Shown here: positions 1 through 12,175 of the stretch, one piece after another
Numbering within the stretch: the stretch's first letter is position 1
How the letters are laid out: each line of letters opens with the position of its first letter
From: Octopus sinensis
Lineage: Eukaryota
Reading direction: 5' to 3'
DNA length: 64,000 nt
Assembly (NCBI RefSeq): GCF_006345805.1
Contig: NC_042999.1
Span: forward strand, 28,582,001-28,646,000
Position numbers and translations under genes: made by a program
Notes under the pieces: generated by a model
What the model was told of the DNA's origin: nothing
What the model saw: the letters and a program-made list of their open reading frames with translations, nothing else
Databases searched by the model: none

Positions 1-282
1 ATGGCATGCAGAAAATACTTTTCATTATGGATACGCTTCAATTAAATTGTTCACAAATATACGAAATACGATGTCTGATTGATGATGAATTTGTGTTTGA
101 AAATAAGAGGAAAGGATGAATAACTGTTTACAAGCACAAATACTTGTATGAAAATGCTGACGGTTTGACGGTGAAGAGTTTTACTATTAGCAATAGGTAG
201 AGTCTGCAATATTGCTGTTTTTTTCCATAGATAATGTTATTTATCATTACAGGCAATGCGTAGGATAATATTCCGTAAATGA

Positions 283-635
283 ACCGGACGCCACTGCGTA
301 GTACCAAGGACTCCAAATTTGCCATCAGGATGTAGGACAAGATATTGTGATAGCCTGGGCTTCAGAGGCCCACATCTCTTCAATATCCTCCCGAAGAACC
401 TGAGGGACCTGCATGGTGTAGATGCGGATGTCTTTAAAGCAGGACTGGATCTCTTCCTGTCAGGTGTCCCGGATGAACCAACTTCCCGGCAGGAGGTGCA
501 GATGAGGGCAGCTGCATCGAACTCTCTCATGCATCAGATGGCGTTTGCTAAAAAGCATCCGTGAGGTAAAATCGTGTAGCAAACCAAATGGCGGTGCCCC
601 AGCATGGCCACAGCACATTAGCTGAAACTGGAAAA
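283..635 (+). mobile_element. 5'-truncated LINE 3' end (CR1/L2-like, Jockey group): RT C-terminus plus 3' UTR
   Basis: Frame from 283 reads TGRHCVVPRTPNLPSGCRTRYCDSLGFRGPHLFNILPKNLRDL..FKAGLDLFLSGVPDEP..RAAASNSL, stop at 562-564. This resembles the C-terminus of CR1/L2-type RT ORFs (recognised by eye). The 3' tail ggcggtgccccagcatggccacagc..gctgaaac is at 590-629. Confidence 0.75.
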
Positions 636-915
636 ATCAATCAAAATCAATTAATTCAAATGAAATGTAATTGTAATTACTTTTCTAATTGCTGATATTG
701 TTGTAGTTTATGCTATGGTATTATATATTACATATTATCACTGCAAAATTAAGGATGGATGGGGTTGTGTGTGTACATTGGATATGTGCAGTCACTTGCC
801 TTCTCTGTACTTTGAAATTGTTTTCCATAATGTATTTACACTACACGTAATACTATGTTTTCTAGATTATACGTGTGACTTCATCTTGAGATTTAGGTTT
901 TGCATTTGTCTATGC

Positions 916-1200
916 GGAGGCGCAATGGCCCAGTGGTTAAGGCAGCGGACTCGTGGTCGGAGGATCGTGGTTTCGATACCAAACCGGGCGTTGTGTATGC
1001 TTATTGAGCGAACACACCTAAAAGATCCATGAGGCTCCGGCAGGGGGTGGTGGCGAACTCTGTTGTACTCTTTCGCCCCAACTTTCTTGGGAAACGCTGC
1101 GATGGACTGGCGTCCCGTCCAGCTGGAGGGAGGGGAACACATACGCTACAGAAACCGGGAAACCGGGCCCATGAGCCTGGCTAGGCTTGAAAAGGGCGCT
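916..1200 (+). mobile_element. tRNA-derived SINE
   Basis: Pol III A-box tggcccagtgg (926-936) and B-box-like ggtttcgatacc (969-980). The head and body are homologous to the minus-strand SINE at 39271-39580. Confidence 0.85.
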
Positions 1201-1751
1201 TAAAAAATACAAATAAAATTTTTCTATGCTACGTTATGCATTGCAAAAGATATTCATTTTAGTCTCAGTCTTCGATTTCTGTTTATCTCTGGTTCCAGAT
1301 CCTCATATCTGAATATTTTCTCTAATCGTTTTATTTAGTTTGGTTACTGACTTTTGAAACTGATACTTTGTTGAAGAAACCCATTAATGAAAGGATATCT
1401 TGATATAGCAATATCTCAGTTCAGAGACTCTTCATTTCCCTTTATAATCTCACCTTAAATTTGGTATATGCGCGTGAACACACACACTAGATAAATATAT
1501 GAGCATCTATCTATCTGTCTGTGTGCCTGACTGTCACTCTGTCTGCCTATCGATTTATCTGTATGTTGTAATATAGATATATATTATGACATATAGGAGG
1601 TGAGTTCATTAAATATTTCCCCTGACCCAATTCCCAAGGACTGGGATAATTATTGGCATAATTATTAGTCCATCTCTACATAGTCACCACCAATAGTGAC
1701 ACTTCTCCCTTCGCTTTATGCAGATGTGGAGACCGTAGATAGATAGGGCTA

Positions 1752-1850
1752 TTTTGAAATACTTTAATAAATACATTTCAGATCTAGTGTACTTTGTTGT
1801 ATTTGACTCGAGTCGAAAATACTGGTACCGTTGCAATGCTCTTTAGCTTA
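1752..1850. repeat. Dispersed ~95-bp repeat, copy 1 (copy 2 at ~4693-4790)
   Basis: ttttgaaatactttaat..gtgtactttgttgtatttgactcgagtcgaaaatactggtacc.ttgca.tgctct occurs twice; each copy is followed by ATCT-type repeats. Confidence 0.85.
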
Positions 1851-1907
1851 ACACGATCTATATCTATCTATCTATATATCTGTCTGTCTGTCTATTTATC
1901 TATTTAC

Positions 1908-1944
<37 letters not shown>

Positions 1945-4692
1945 ATATATATATATATATATATATAAACTTAGATAAAAACTTAGATATGTTTCGACCA
2001 AAGATTGGTTCAGGCCATGTCTAACTTAATAGCACCACCTACATATATATATATATATATACTTGCTGGTGTACCCGGTAATTCCCGGGGTAAAGATATT
2101 GTATTGAAACGCCTTATTATTCTGGTATAAGAAAGCAAATTCGGTATAGCTTCCACAAAAATGCGTATTTTCCGTCACGAAAAAGTACAAAATACTGTCA
2201 CTGTTGGAGGTTGGCGAAGAGGTTTTTGAGGGTTGGCGAGAAAGATTCTCGGAGGTCAGTGAGATGGTTATATAGATATATGAACGATTTGTTTGAAGAA
2301 TGTGTAATAATAATGTTCACACTCACTGATGTTTGTTCTCAGTAACTGCCTTTAGATTATGGAGTTCTTGTTTTTATAACTATCGAAAAGTATCCAGAAG
2401 GATAGACATTTAGAATGACGTCTGTTATCTCCATTCCAGCCAGTGGTGGCCTAGAAGCGGTTAGAAGGGTAAAGTGGCAAAGACATTATTCTGTTTTGCG
2501 AAGGCATCTGGGAAATGTATAACTGCTGTCATTAACAGAAAAAAACTATTATTATACCGTGAGAAAAGCGCCGTTTAAAGTGTTAAGTGAAATTTGGCAA
2601 TTGAGGATCGAATCCAAGCTACGCCTGCATGAAATCAGTACAAATATGTTGTGGAATAAAAAATTTATCCACGGTCATGGAAAAAGTGTAACTATAAAAA
2701 ATGCAAACTTATCGGAGTAATGGGCATTCAAAAATGTATGTATATATAGAAAGGTATGAATGAAGTCTTTAGTAATTTTCAGCAGTTCAAAACTGTGAGT
2801 AGTGAAATGCAGAATTAGGTCAGCTGATCCTGAAAATCAAATATTGATTGCTTCGCTAAAAATTGCATGTGGTATGGGTTATTTCCGTTTGGTTGTTTAA
2901 ATAAAATATTAATAATATGTAGCATATAGAAGGAGCCATTTGAGGGGCCCTATAATCGATTTTTTTTCAACATTCTAAGCATGTCACGAGGTTTCCAGAC
3001 ATGAGTTCTTCTCACGTGTCAAATAAAGTAATATTGTCTGCAAAAATTTGAAATTGGACATACAAAAATCGATATTCAAAGTAATCGAATATAAGCAATG
3101 AAATGGGTTATTTCTCTTGAGTGCTTAAAAAAATATTGTACAGGTACTATCGGTTATTACCCTTGGATGTTTAAAAAATTAGTTATATGAGGTAGATATA
3201 AAGGTCTCTTCCAGTAGCTGTATTATCAAATTTTTCAACAATGTAAGTATATCATGACGTATCCAGACATGAGTTCTACTCACGTATCAAGTTTCATCAA
3301 AATAAATAAAACTATGTAGGAGGAGTCAGCTAACAACGCCACAAACACATACCGATTTTCCACATATGTAGTAGATATTTTATATATAGAGAGAGAGAAC
3401 GAGGGAGAGAGAGAGTGAGAGATAGGTAAATAGATGGAGAGATAGTCAGATATGCATATACATATACACAGACATAGATAGATAAATCAACTAGACTTTT
3501 TAGCATTTCTCCATTACGAGGATTTCATTTTTCTTCCCTTTTTCCAAATAAAGCTTTGCGAATCTGAGAGATTTTTGGGTGAAGTAGTTTCATATATTTC
3601 AATCCAAATGGTGAAGTGCACAACAGAATACAACAATATATTTTTTCTATAATCTAGCGATTCTGTCAATTCACTAGCTTCTTACAATAATATGGAGACC
3701 TTTTAGCTGGAAAATCTTCTACTCTTCATGTATGGCAAATTTACTTAAAACGATCCATGTAGCATTTACACTCAGCTGCAGAGCATCTTACTTTCCATTA
3801 TATAGCATAGTTTACGTACAGCCTCTTCTGTCATGCTAGCTTCTCTTGGCTTTGATTTAAATTTTTTTGTTCAAATCCATTATTAAATTCGAATGAATGA
3901 TAACATTTCTTCTCTTTTTGCCTTCAACATTCATTCCATTTTCAACCGAACTTAATTTCTCATCTTGGTGAAACTTAAATTTCTTTATAAACAACTTCCA
4001 CTCTATCATCTATTTCCAGTGTTCATACTATCGTTTCTTTACATTCTCTCTATACATTTCTGTGTGTTTTGTACTTAATATCACATATGCTTCTTACGTC
4101 CTGCGTTTGTTGTGTTGGTGCACTTATAACATTATAACATTTCGAGTTTTGATCGACAACGAAATCGTTGTTGTATTTATTTCATTTCGTCGTGTCTTGT
4201 CATTAATTCTCTTGAATTTTGTTTCGTAATGGATGAAATATTTGAAATACGTATAACGGGGGAGTTCTGTTAGATAATATAAGTATGGAACACACACACA
4301 AGAGAAAATGGTCTCGGCAGAAGTTGAATCTCTCACTCCAAAAGAAACACAATAAGAGATGCCATATTTATCACACCTTCTAAAGTTAGTTATCGTGTGC
4401 ATATTTTCAGCATTGTTGAGTGTTTTGTTTTACTACTCAAAGGAATTAGAAAGTCGGTTCGTGAAAGCAGAATAGGTTACGCATAACAGCGTATGTTATA
4501 TGCTAAATTAATACACAGGCATGTACCAGGCCTAGATTTTATAGCTATGATCCCATAAATTAATTTGAGTGTATCAAATAGAACATAGTTCAAACTGAAG
4601 CAGAACATACTGGCAGTGATGAAGATAATAGCCTATAATAGTGTTTGCATATGTGTGTGCGTGTGTGCGTGTGAGCGAGATCACCTGGGTGC

Positions 4693-4793
4693 ATTTTGAA
4701 ATACTTTAATGCGTACATTTCAAATCTGGTGTACTTTGTTGTATTTGACTCGAGTCGAAAATACTGGTACCATTGCATTGCTCTATAGATTTA

Positions 4794-4886
<93 letters not shown>

Positions 4887-4907
4887 GTCTATCTATCTAT
4901 CTATCTG

Positions 4908-4980
<73 letters not shown>
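4693..4980. repeat. Dispersed ~95-bp repeat, copy 2, followed by (ATCT)n/(AT)n microsatellite
   Basis: Matches 1752-1850, then (ATCT)n from ~4795 and (AT)n to ~4980. Confidence 0.85.
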
Positions 4981-4985
<5 letters not shown>

Positions 4986-5674
4986 TGTCTATCTATCAAT
5001 CTATTAACCTATCTCCTCTCTCTCACTCTCTCCTTCTCGCTATATATATACTACTAGTATAGGATGAAATGATAAGCATCACATCTGCTTCTCTTCCTCT
5101 GACGTCCTCAATCTTAAACGAAAAGCACAAATTATTATTGCTTAGAGCAACAACACTTCTTGAACTCCTCAATATTTAAATATCAATAGTGATATATATT
5201 GGTTAAGATCATATCTAAAATATATAAGCATTGGACTACTACACGTACGTAATTTTTAGATATCAACCACCAATAGTGAGTGCTGATGTTTTATAAATAT
5301 TTGATGCCCTTTCAATGTGTTAGCAAATACTTTTTTTCAATTTTTCTCGGTTCTTCCACCAAAGTATCTTCAATATTTTTCTGAAAGTTTTATGGACAAT
5401 AATGTAAGAAGTGCTTAGTACTGATACAGATGAAGTTTTCCGTCTGGATAAGTCATTAATATACGTTACGACTATTTGTGATCCAGCATAATCAATTCCC
5501 TTTACTGATGTTAACACACTCGGTGAACTTTAATGTTTGCGGTATACAATAAAATTACAATATAGTCAATGTTACTAATAAATTATCTGACATCAGCAAT
5601 CACGTACTCAATACTTCTCAATTAACTCGTTTCTATCTGTATATATACATACGTATGCATACATACATACATCT

Positions 5675-5745
<71 letters not shown>

Positions 5746-6369
5746 TATATCAAATACTATCGAATGCTATTTGTACTGAGTAAATGTTATTTTATATCTT
5801 TGTAGGAGGAGCTAATACCTCCCACTACCACCCCCTTGATGTTCTATGTTTTCTAAAAACTTAATGCTTACATTACTTACATATATCAATATGCGGTCCT
5901 CACCTATCTTATTCAGCATGTTTTTCTACCACCAATTTGAATTCCTTTGAAAAAATATGTAAGCATTAGGTTTTTGTTACCATCTGGTTATACTGCTGTT
6001 GTTTTTTTTTTATTTACATCTAAAACGCTTAACATGTTTCAAATACTGCTGATCTGAAACACTGTTCATCTAGTGACTAGATTGAAATATGTGTAGACAC
6101 TTTCAATGCATTTTTCCGTCAATTTACGTTCCTTTGAATTTTATTGATTTAATTTAAATGGATTAAATTAAAATGTTTGCTATGTTTTATCGTGATACAG
6201 ATAAAATAAGTATCCACTATATATTTTTCTCCATTTCCTTATGTAACTACAATTTAAAATTTTTCTGTTCATCATTGTATATTGTAATAATTCTCTCAAT
6301 ATATCATCGATAACACCAGTTGATCTCTGTATTTCTGAATACCTAAAGGGGAAATTACATCTTCAAATT

Positions 6370-6428
<59 letters not shown>

Positions 6429-6734
6429 TAAGCGAGGGCTTTTTCAGAGTCAGTTTCAGCGGGATGGGCTATTCGATTAGGTGAAAATTGTAAGAAGCCC
6501 CACTAGCAGGGTCATGCAATTTTTATTTTGATACGAAGTTAGCATGTCATGAATATATGGATGAGACATATATGCTTGGTGTACCCTTATCAGAGAAATG
6601 GTCAGGATGACTAGATAGGGTTTTATATATTTGTATCCACCGTCACTTTGATACTGCGCACTGATCTCTCAAGAATCTTAATGATTTTGTAGTTAGATAC
6701 AATGCCAGCATGTGCGGGAGAGGGAGTATTCCAT

Positions 6735-6895
6735 CATCATATCGACCCTAGTTTTCAGGTGGCACTTATTTTATCGAACCCGATAGGATAAAAGCAATGT
6801 GGACATCGGGGGTATTTGAACTGAGAACGAAAGGGCGGACGAAATAGCGCTGAGCATTTTCCCGGGAAACAATTCTGCCAGTTCGCCGCCTCTCA
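6735..6895 (-). mobile_element. Diverged tRNA-derived SINE (same family as 12371-12600 and 31728-31944)
   Basis: acttattttatcgaacccgataggataaaagcaatgtggac..tttgaactgagaacg..ttctgccagttcgccgcct aligns by eye with the 12371-12600 element. Confidence 0.75.
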
Positions 6896-6909
6896 CCCAA
6901 TGCAGCTGC

Positions 6910-6913
6910 TGCG

Positions 6914-6959
<46 letters not shown>

Positions 6960-7226
6960 ATACTACAACTACTACTACTACTACTACTACTACACCACCA
7001 ACAACAACAACAACTACTACTACTACTACTACTACTACAAGTCTGGCGTAGCATGGTAAATTCCATTGTCTCGACCACGGTCGAACAATGATGACTACTA
7101 CTACTACTACTACTACCAATAAAAATAATAATAATAATAATAATAATAAAATAATAATAATAATAATAATAATAATATAATAATAATAATAACAATAATT
7201 ACAATAACAACAACAACAATAATAAC
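6910..7226. repeat. Compound microsatellite (CTA)n/(CAA)n/(TAA)n
   Basis: Visible directly in the sequence. Confidence 0.95.
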
Positions 7227-7435
7227 TACCTCAAGAGGAATATAAGGGAAATCGGAATAGAGTCCACAGAGGAACTGTATGGAAAGCTTTGCCTCCTTGG
7301 CACGGTAAGAATAATCTGGAAATTATTAAATAGTTGAAAAGAACAGTTAGCACGGTACCGTAGGAAGCAGACAACAAGCCCGCTACGCATGCAAGACTCC
7401 GATAATGTCAACAAAACCTGATAGAAAAAGAAATA
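7227..7435 (+). mobile_element. Short 3' fragment of an R4/Dong-type retrotransposon
   Basis: 7227-7337 translates to YLKRNIREIGIESTEELYGKLCLLGTVRIIWKLLNS*, matching the C-terminal motif (QK..LLGT..ILR..L*) of the other R4-type copies here. It is preceded by (TAA)n. Confidence 0.6.
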
Positions 7436-7454
7436 CCATTAATTATTATTACTA

Positions 7455-7500
<46 letters not shown>

Positions 7501-7501
<1 letters not shown>

Positions 7502-7965
7502 GAGTGAGAGAGCAGCGCATGCCATCAGAGTGAAACTGGGGTAAAATAAACGAAGCCCGGTATACCCATCATGACAACCCGTCTGATAAGGGTACACCAG
7601 GTGCATGCATCACAACCATATGTGCGCGACATGGTGATCTCATATCAAGATAAACAGCGCATGACCTTGCAGGTAGGGTCCAGTTTGAATTTCTTCTGAT
7701 AGAGTAGCCCATCCCACTCAGAAGGTCCCTGAATAAGGGTTGTTTAAGGATGTTGGACGAAACACCCATGTTTCCAGAGGTGAATTATTCAAACCTCTAA
7801 GAATTCCTTTCAACAAATGGCTATGATGCTCCCCACTACCTCTGCTCTTGATCAGAGATGTACATATCATCAGCCACTAAAGGACATGCTCAATTGGTTA
7901 AGGTCAAACAACCGACAAGCAAATCTGTGGTATTGAGCAGAATATTTGCTGTAGCCCATCATTTA
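7501..7965. repeat. Unclassified interspersed repeat; part recurs diverged at ~37140-37280
   Basis: atgatgctccccactac..agatgtacatatcatcagccactaaaggacatgctcaattggttaaggtcaaac (~7824-7910) matches atgatgttccctgactat..agatgcacatatcatcagacactaagagacatgctcaagtggttaaagtgaaac (37141-37235). Confidence 0.65.
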
Positions 7966-8100
7966 TACCAATACAAAACAATGAACATGATAACACTTCC
8001 AATCAGTTTAGATCAGAAGCCATGAGAGCCACTGTCTGGTACTGCATTGGGGCATTATTATTATTATTATTAATATTATCATTATTATTATTATTATTAT

Positions 8101-9608
8101 TTTTTTTTTTTCTTCTTTCAAATTTGCTTCCATTTCTTGCCGAGTGTCTTCCCGACTCCTAGGGCAAAGAAACTCATAGTATACATTGGTAGGCCATTAA
8201 ACCAAACTCAATAGTTCGTTCATTTAAAAAAAAATTTTTTTTAAGTTAAATTAAAATACATGAGCAGCAACAGTTCTCACATCGACAATGCTCTTCTCAA
8301 TACGTGTGATGTACCAGTTAAGACAATCTTTTGCACTTCTTGCAGGGATGGTAAGCCAGGAATCATTCTCATATAATTTTCGGTTCCCTTCTTGATCATT
8401 CCTAGTGCTCCTACGATCACTGGTATTGTAACCGCCTTGAGATGCCACATTTTCTCAATTTCAATGAGTAGGTCTTTATATTTTCTGAGCTTGTCAAACT
8501 CTTTCGCTGAGATATTATGATCACAGGGGATGCTCATGTCGATCAATAAGCAAACTTTATTGTTTTGGTCTTTCACAACAATATCTGGTTTATTGGCCTT
8601 GATGGTTCGGTCTGTATGTACTGGAAAGTCCCACAGAATGTTTACATTTTCTCCTTCAGTTACAGCCTCAGGGTGGTGATTATACCACTTGTCGGCAGTT
8701 TTGATATTGTAATGCCGACTTATTAGCCAGTGGAGATATTGGCCAACTCTGTCATGTCTTAATTTATACTCCACTGGTGCTAAGACTTTACATCCAGAGA
8801 TTAGGTGGTTCACTGTTTCAATCATGTCGTTGCAGAATCGGCATTTTGGGTCTGCTCCATTTTCCATCACATTGGCCTGGTAGTTCCGGGTTAATAGGCT
8901 TTGATCTTGAGCAGCCAGGATGAAACCTTCGCTCTCTGCTTTTAGCCCTGAGCTCCGTAGCCACTGATGGGTTTGCTTCTGGTCAACATCAGCTTGTTTG
9001 CTGCGGGTCACATATTTGCCGTGCAGAGGTTTCTCCTCCCACCTATCAGCCAATTGCTCGTGCGCTTTTTTCATTGCCATCATTTTCACCTTCTTTGCAA
9101 CAATAGTTGCCGTACTTCCCTCGGGTTGTTCAGTTTGGGTATCCTGCATGAGATCAATAGCAAATTTTTTGCTTTCCTTTATGATAGAATGAAGCTTCTA
9201 TCGTCTCTCGTGATTTTCCACGAGCTTTAGCATCCAGTCATTCGATATTTCGAGATATTTGGCCAGTCCAATTGTGGTTGTTTTGTAAGCTAGTTCAAAT
9301 TGGATCAGGCCTCGACCTCCTTGGGCTCTGGGAAGGTAAAGGCGATCTACGTCTGCCTTTGGGTTGTGCATCCTATTACAACTCAGCAGCTTGCGTATTT
9401 TCCTATCTATATTCTTTACTTCACTCATATTCCAGTTCAACACATTGTAGCTATAAGTAACAACTGGAACTGCTAAGGAATTTATAGCTAACACCTTGTT
9501 ACGTGCATTTAGTTCAGATTTCAGAACTGCACGAACTCTCCTATAACATTCCTTCCTGATCTTCTCTTTCATGCTTGCATGCTGAATACCAGAGCCTTCA
9601 TCTATCCC
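8101..9608 (-). mobile_element. R4/Dong-clade non-LTR retrotransposon, 5'-truncated (copy A)
   Basis: RT end (HNPKADVDRLYLPRAQGGRGL), PLHGKY, CCHC knuckle (CRFC..HLISGC), RHD motif and restriction-like endonuclease (KPDIVV..LIDMSIP..K..KY). Flanked on both sides by (TAA)n on the element strand. Confidence 0.93.
8277..9608 (-). pseudogene. RT-thumb/CCHC/REL-endonuclease ORF of copy A, one in-frame stop
   Basis: ORF-track segments 9198..9710 and 8277..9149 share a frame. The only interruption is TAG at 9200-9198, followed by KLHSIIKESKKFAIDLMQD. Confidence 0.85.
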
Positions 9609-9764
9609 TATTATTATTATTATTATTATTACTATTATTATTATTATTATTACTATTACTATTATTATTATTATTATTATTGTTATTATTATTTTTATTA
9701 TTATTATCATTATTATTATGAGTAGTAGTAATAGTAGTAGTAGTAGTAGTAATAGTAGTAGTGC

Positions 9765-9805
<41 letters not shown>

Positions 9806-10039
9806 GTTTTTGTTGTTGTTGTAGAGAAGTATTGTAATTTCGAGCCCTGAAAATGAGGAAAGGCGAGGTCGAACTCGAGAGAATTTGAACTGAGATTGTA
9901 AAGTGTTCAAAGAAATGCGGTTAATCCTTTTGCCCAGAACGCCTACGATTCTGTCGGTTCAAAGACTTTGAAGCCTTAATCTGTGTTACTAAAGAATAAG
10001 CGTTAAAACCTAGTCACATGAAATTCAAAATAGACTACA

Positions 10040-10672
10040 TACCTGAAAACGATAAATGCAGAATTAAGAATCCGTATGACATACTACCATTCACCGTACG
10101 CCAATTGCTGCGGATGAATATAAGAATTGACACCGGAACATAACAAGAATAGTCTATTGAGCACATTGGAACAAGTATGGATCTGACGGGGCAGAAATAT
10201 AGAACGAACATCAGCCTGAAGGCATTATCGAAACTTACAATGCAAAGATTCTGCCGGGGCTTTATGATTCCGTGATATCATGAGGTGGAGAATTTGAAAT
10301 AAGTTATATGATAATTGACAAATTATGTGAACAGCCCTACATCATAAATGTACAACATGAAACTGTGTGACTTAAAGAAGAAAAAAAAGTCGTAAGTGAT
10401 GAAAGGTTAGCTTGGGAGGTTAAGCAGTTGTGTTCGCTGCGAAAGGTTGTAGTAATATAAACAATTGTCGAAGCCTTAAGAACAGTTACTAAAGATCTTG
10501 ACAAATACATTGAAAGCAAGCGGTCGTAATGCGTTTACAGCACAACTAGAAAACAGCACTGTTTGGAATTACTCAAATATTCAGGAGGGTGCTTGAAAAA
10601 TAAGGAGTTACATTAGTTGACTGGAAGTGAACATTTGACAACGTAATACATTTCAAGCGTTAGAAGCTAAGC
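10040..10672 (+). mobile_element. Heavily decayed R4-type element (CCHC/REL region and 3' UTR)
   Basis: Remnants readable with stops and frameshifts: aaatgcaga (KCR), gaacatcagcctgaaggcattatcgaa (EHQPEGIIE), and acaattgtcgaagcctta / aaaacagcactgtttggaattactcaaatattcaggagggtgctt (C-terminal motif). Followed by (GAT)n(TAA)n. Confidence 0.55.
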
Positions 10673-10699
10673 ATGATGATGATGATGATGATCATAATA

Positions 10700-10772
<73 letters not shown>

Positions 10773-10773
<1 letters not shown>

Positions 10774-12145
10774 TCCTTAACAGTACCAGTTGTTCTCTAT
10801 AGCTTCAATGTGCTTAACTGGAATACTAGTGAACTAATGAATATTGACAGGACAATCCGAAGCTACTGACTTGTAATAAGTCAGTAGCTTGCACCATCCA
10901 GAGGCAGACGTGGATCGCCTTTACCTTCCCAGAGGTCAGGGAGGTCGAGGTTTGATCCAGCTTGAACTTACATACAAAACAACCACAATCGGACTGGCCA
11001 AATACTTTGAAGCAACCAACGATTGGATGCTAAAACTTGTTGAAAAACATGAAAGACCGAAAAAAAACTTCACTCTATTTTCAAAGAGAGCAAAAAGTTC
11101 GCTGCTGATCTCTTAGATTGATCAGGCTGAAGGAAATGCACCAACTGCAGCTGCAAAGAAAATAAAATTAATTTCAAAGACAAAAGCACATGAAAATTTA
11201 GCTAGCAGATGGTATCAGAAACCTCTCCATGGCAAGTATGTGGCCCGTAGCAAACAAGCTGATGTCGACCAGAAACACACGCACCAATGATTACGAAGTT
11301 CAGGGCTAAATGCAGAGAGTGAAGGTTTCATATTAGCTGCTCAAGAACAAAGCTTATTTACCCGGAACTACGAAGCCAATGTGATGAAAAATGGAGCTGA
11401 CCCAAAATGCCGATTCTGTAACGATGAGATTGCAACAATTGACCACCTAATCTCAGGGTGTAGAGTCTTAGCACCTGCAGAATATAAAGCAAGACATGAC
11501 AGAGTCGGCCAGTATTTACACTGGACAATATGTCGGCATTATAAAATCAAAACCACTGACAAATGCTATAAACATCATCCTGAAGCTGTGACTGAGGGAG
11601 AAAATGTGTCGATTCTATGGGACTTCCCCGTGCAGACCGACAGGACTATAAAAGCCAATAAATCGGATATCATTATAAAAGATCAGACAAAAAGGATGTG
11701 TTTATTAATTGACATGAGTATTCTCGGTGATAAAAATATAGAGGCGAAAGAATTTGACAAGATTAGTAAATATAAAGACCTGCTAATGGAAATTGAAAAA
11801 ATGTGGCATCTCAAGGCGACTACACTACCAGTGATTGGTGGATCTCTAGGAATGTTAAAAAATGGTACTGAAACCTATTTGAAAATGATTCCAGGCTTAC
11901 CATCCCTACAGGAAGTGCAAAAAATCGTATTAACTGCAACGGCTCATGTATTGAGAAGAGCACTATCGCTGTGAAAATAACATCCATCCATGAAGTTATT
12001 TATTTATTAATTTTCAAATACATATTTTATCCGTGAATTTGCGCGTGTAATCTGGGAATGCATACAATGCCCTTCTCTGCCCTAGGTGTATGGAAAACCC
12101 TCGGCGAGAAACGGAAGAAAATTTGAAGAAAGAAGGAAAAAAAAC
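10773..12145 (+). mobile_element. R4/Dong-type element, 5'-truncated (copy B, related to copy A)
   Basis: HPEADVDRLYLPRGQGGRGL, CRFC..HLISGC, WDFPVQTDRTIKANKSDII..LIDMS, ORF end RRALSL* at 11974, 3' UTR to ~12145. (TAA)n on both sides; several frameshifts and stops. Confidence 0.92.
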
Positions 12146-12175
12146 ATAATAATAATAATAATAAAACTAATAATA

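Noticed and set aside
7855-7880. CTGATGA on the minus strand (also at ~37191)
   Set aside because: No downstream GAAA or closing stems were found.
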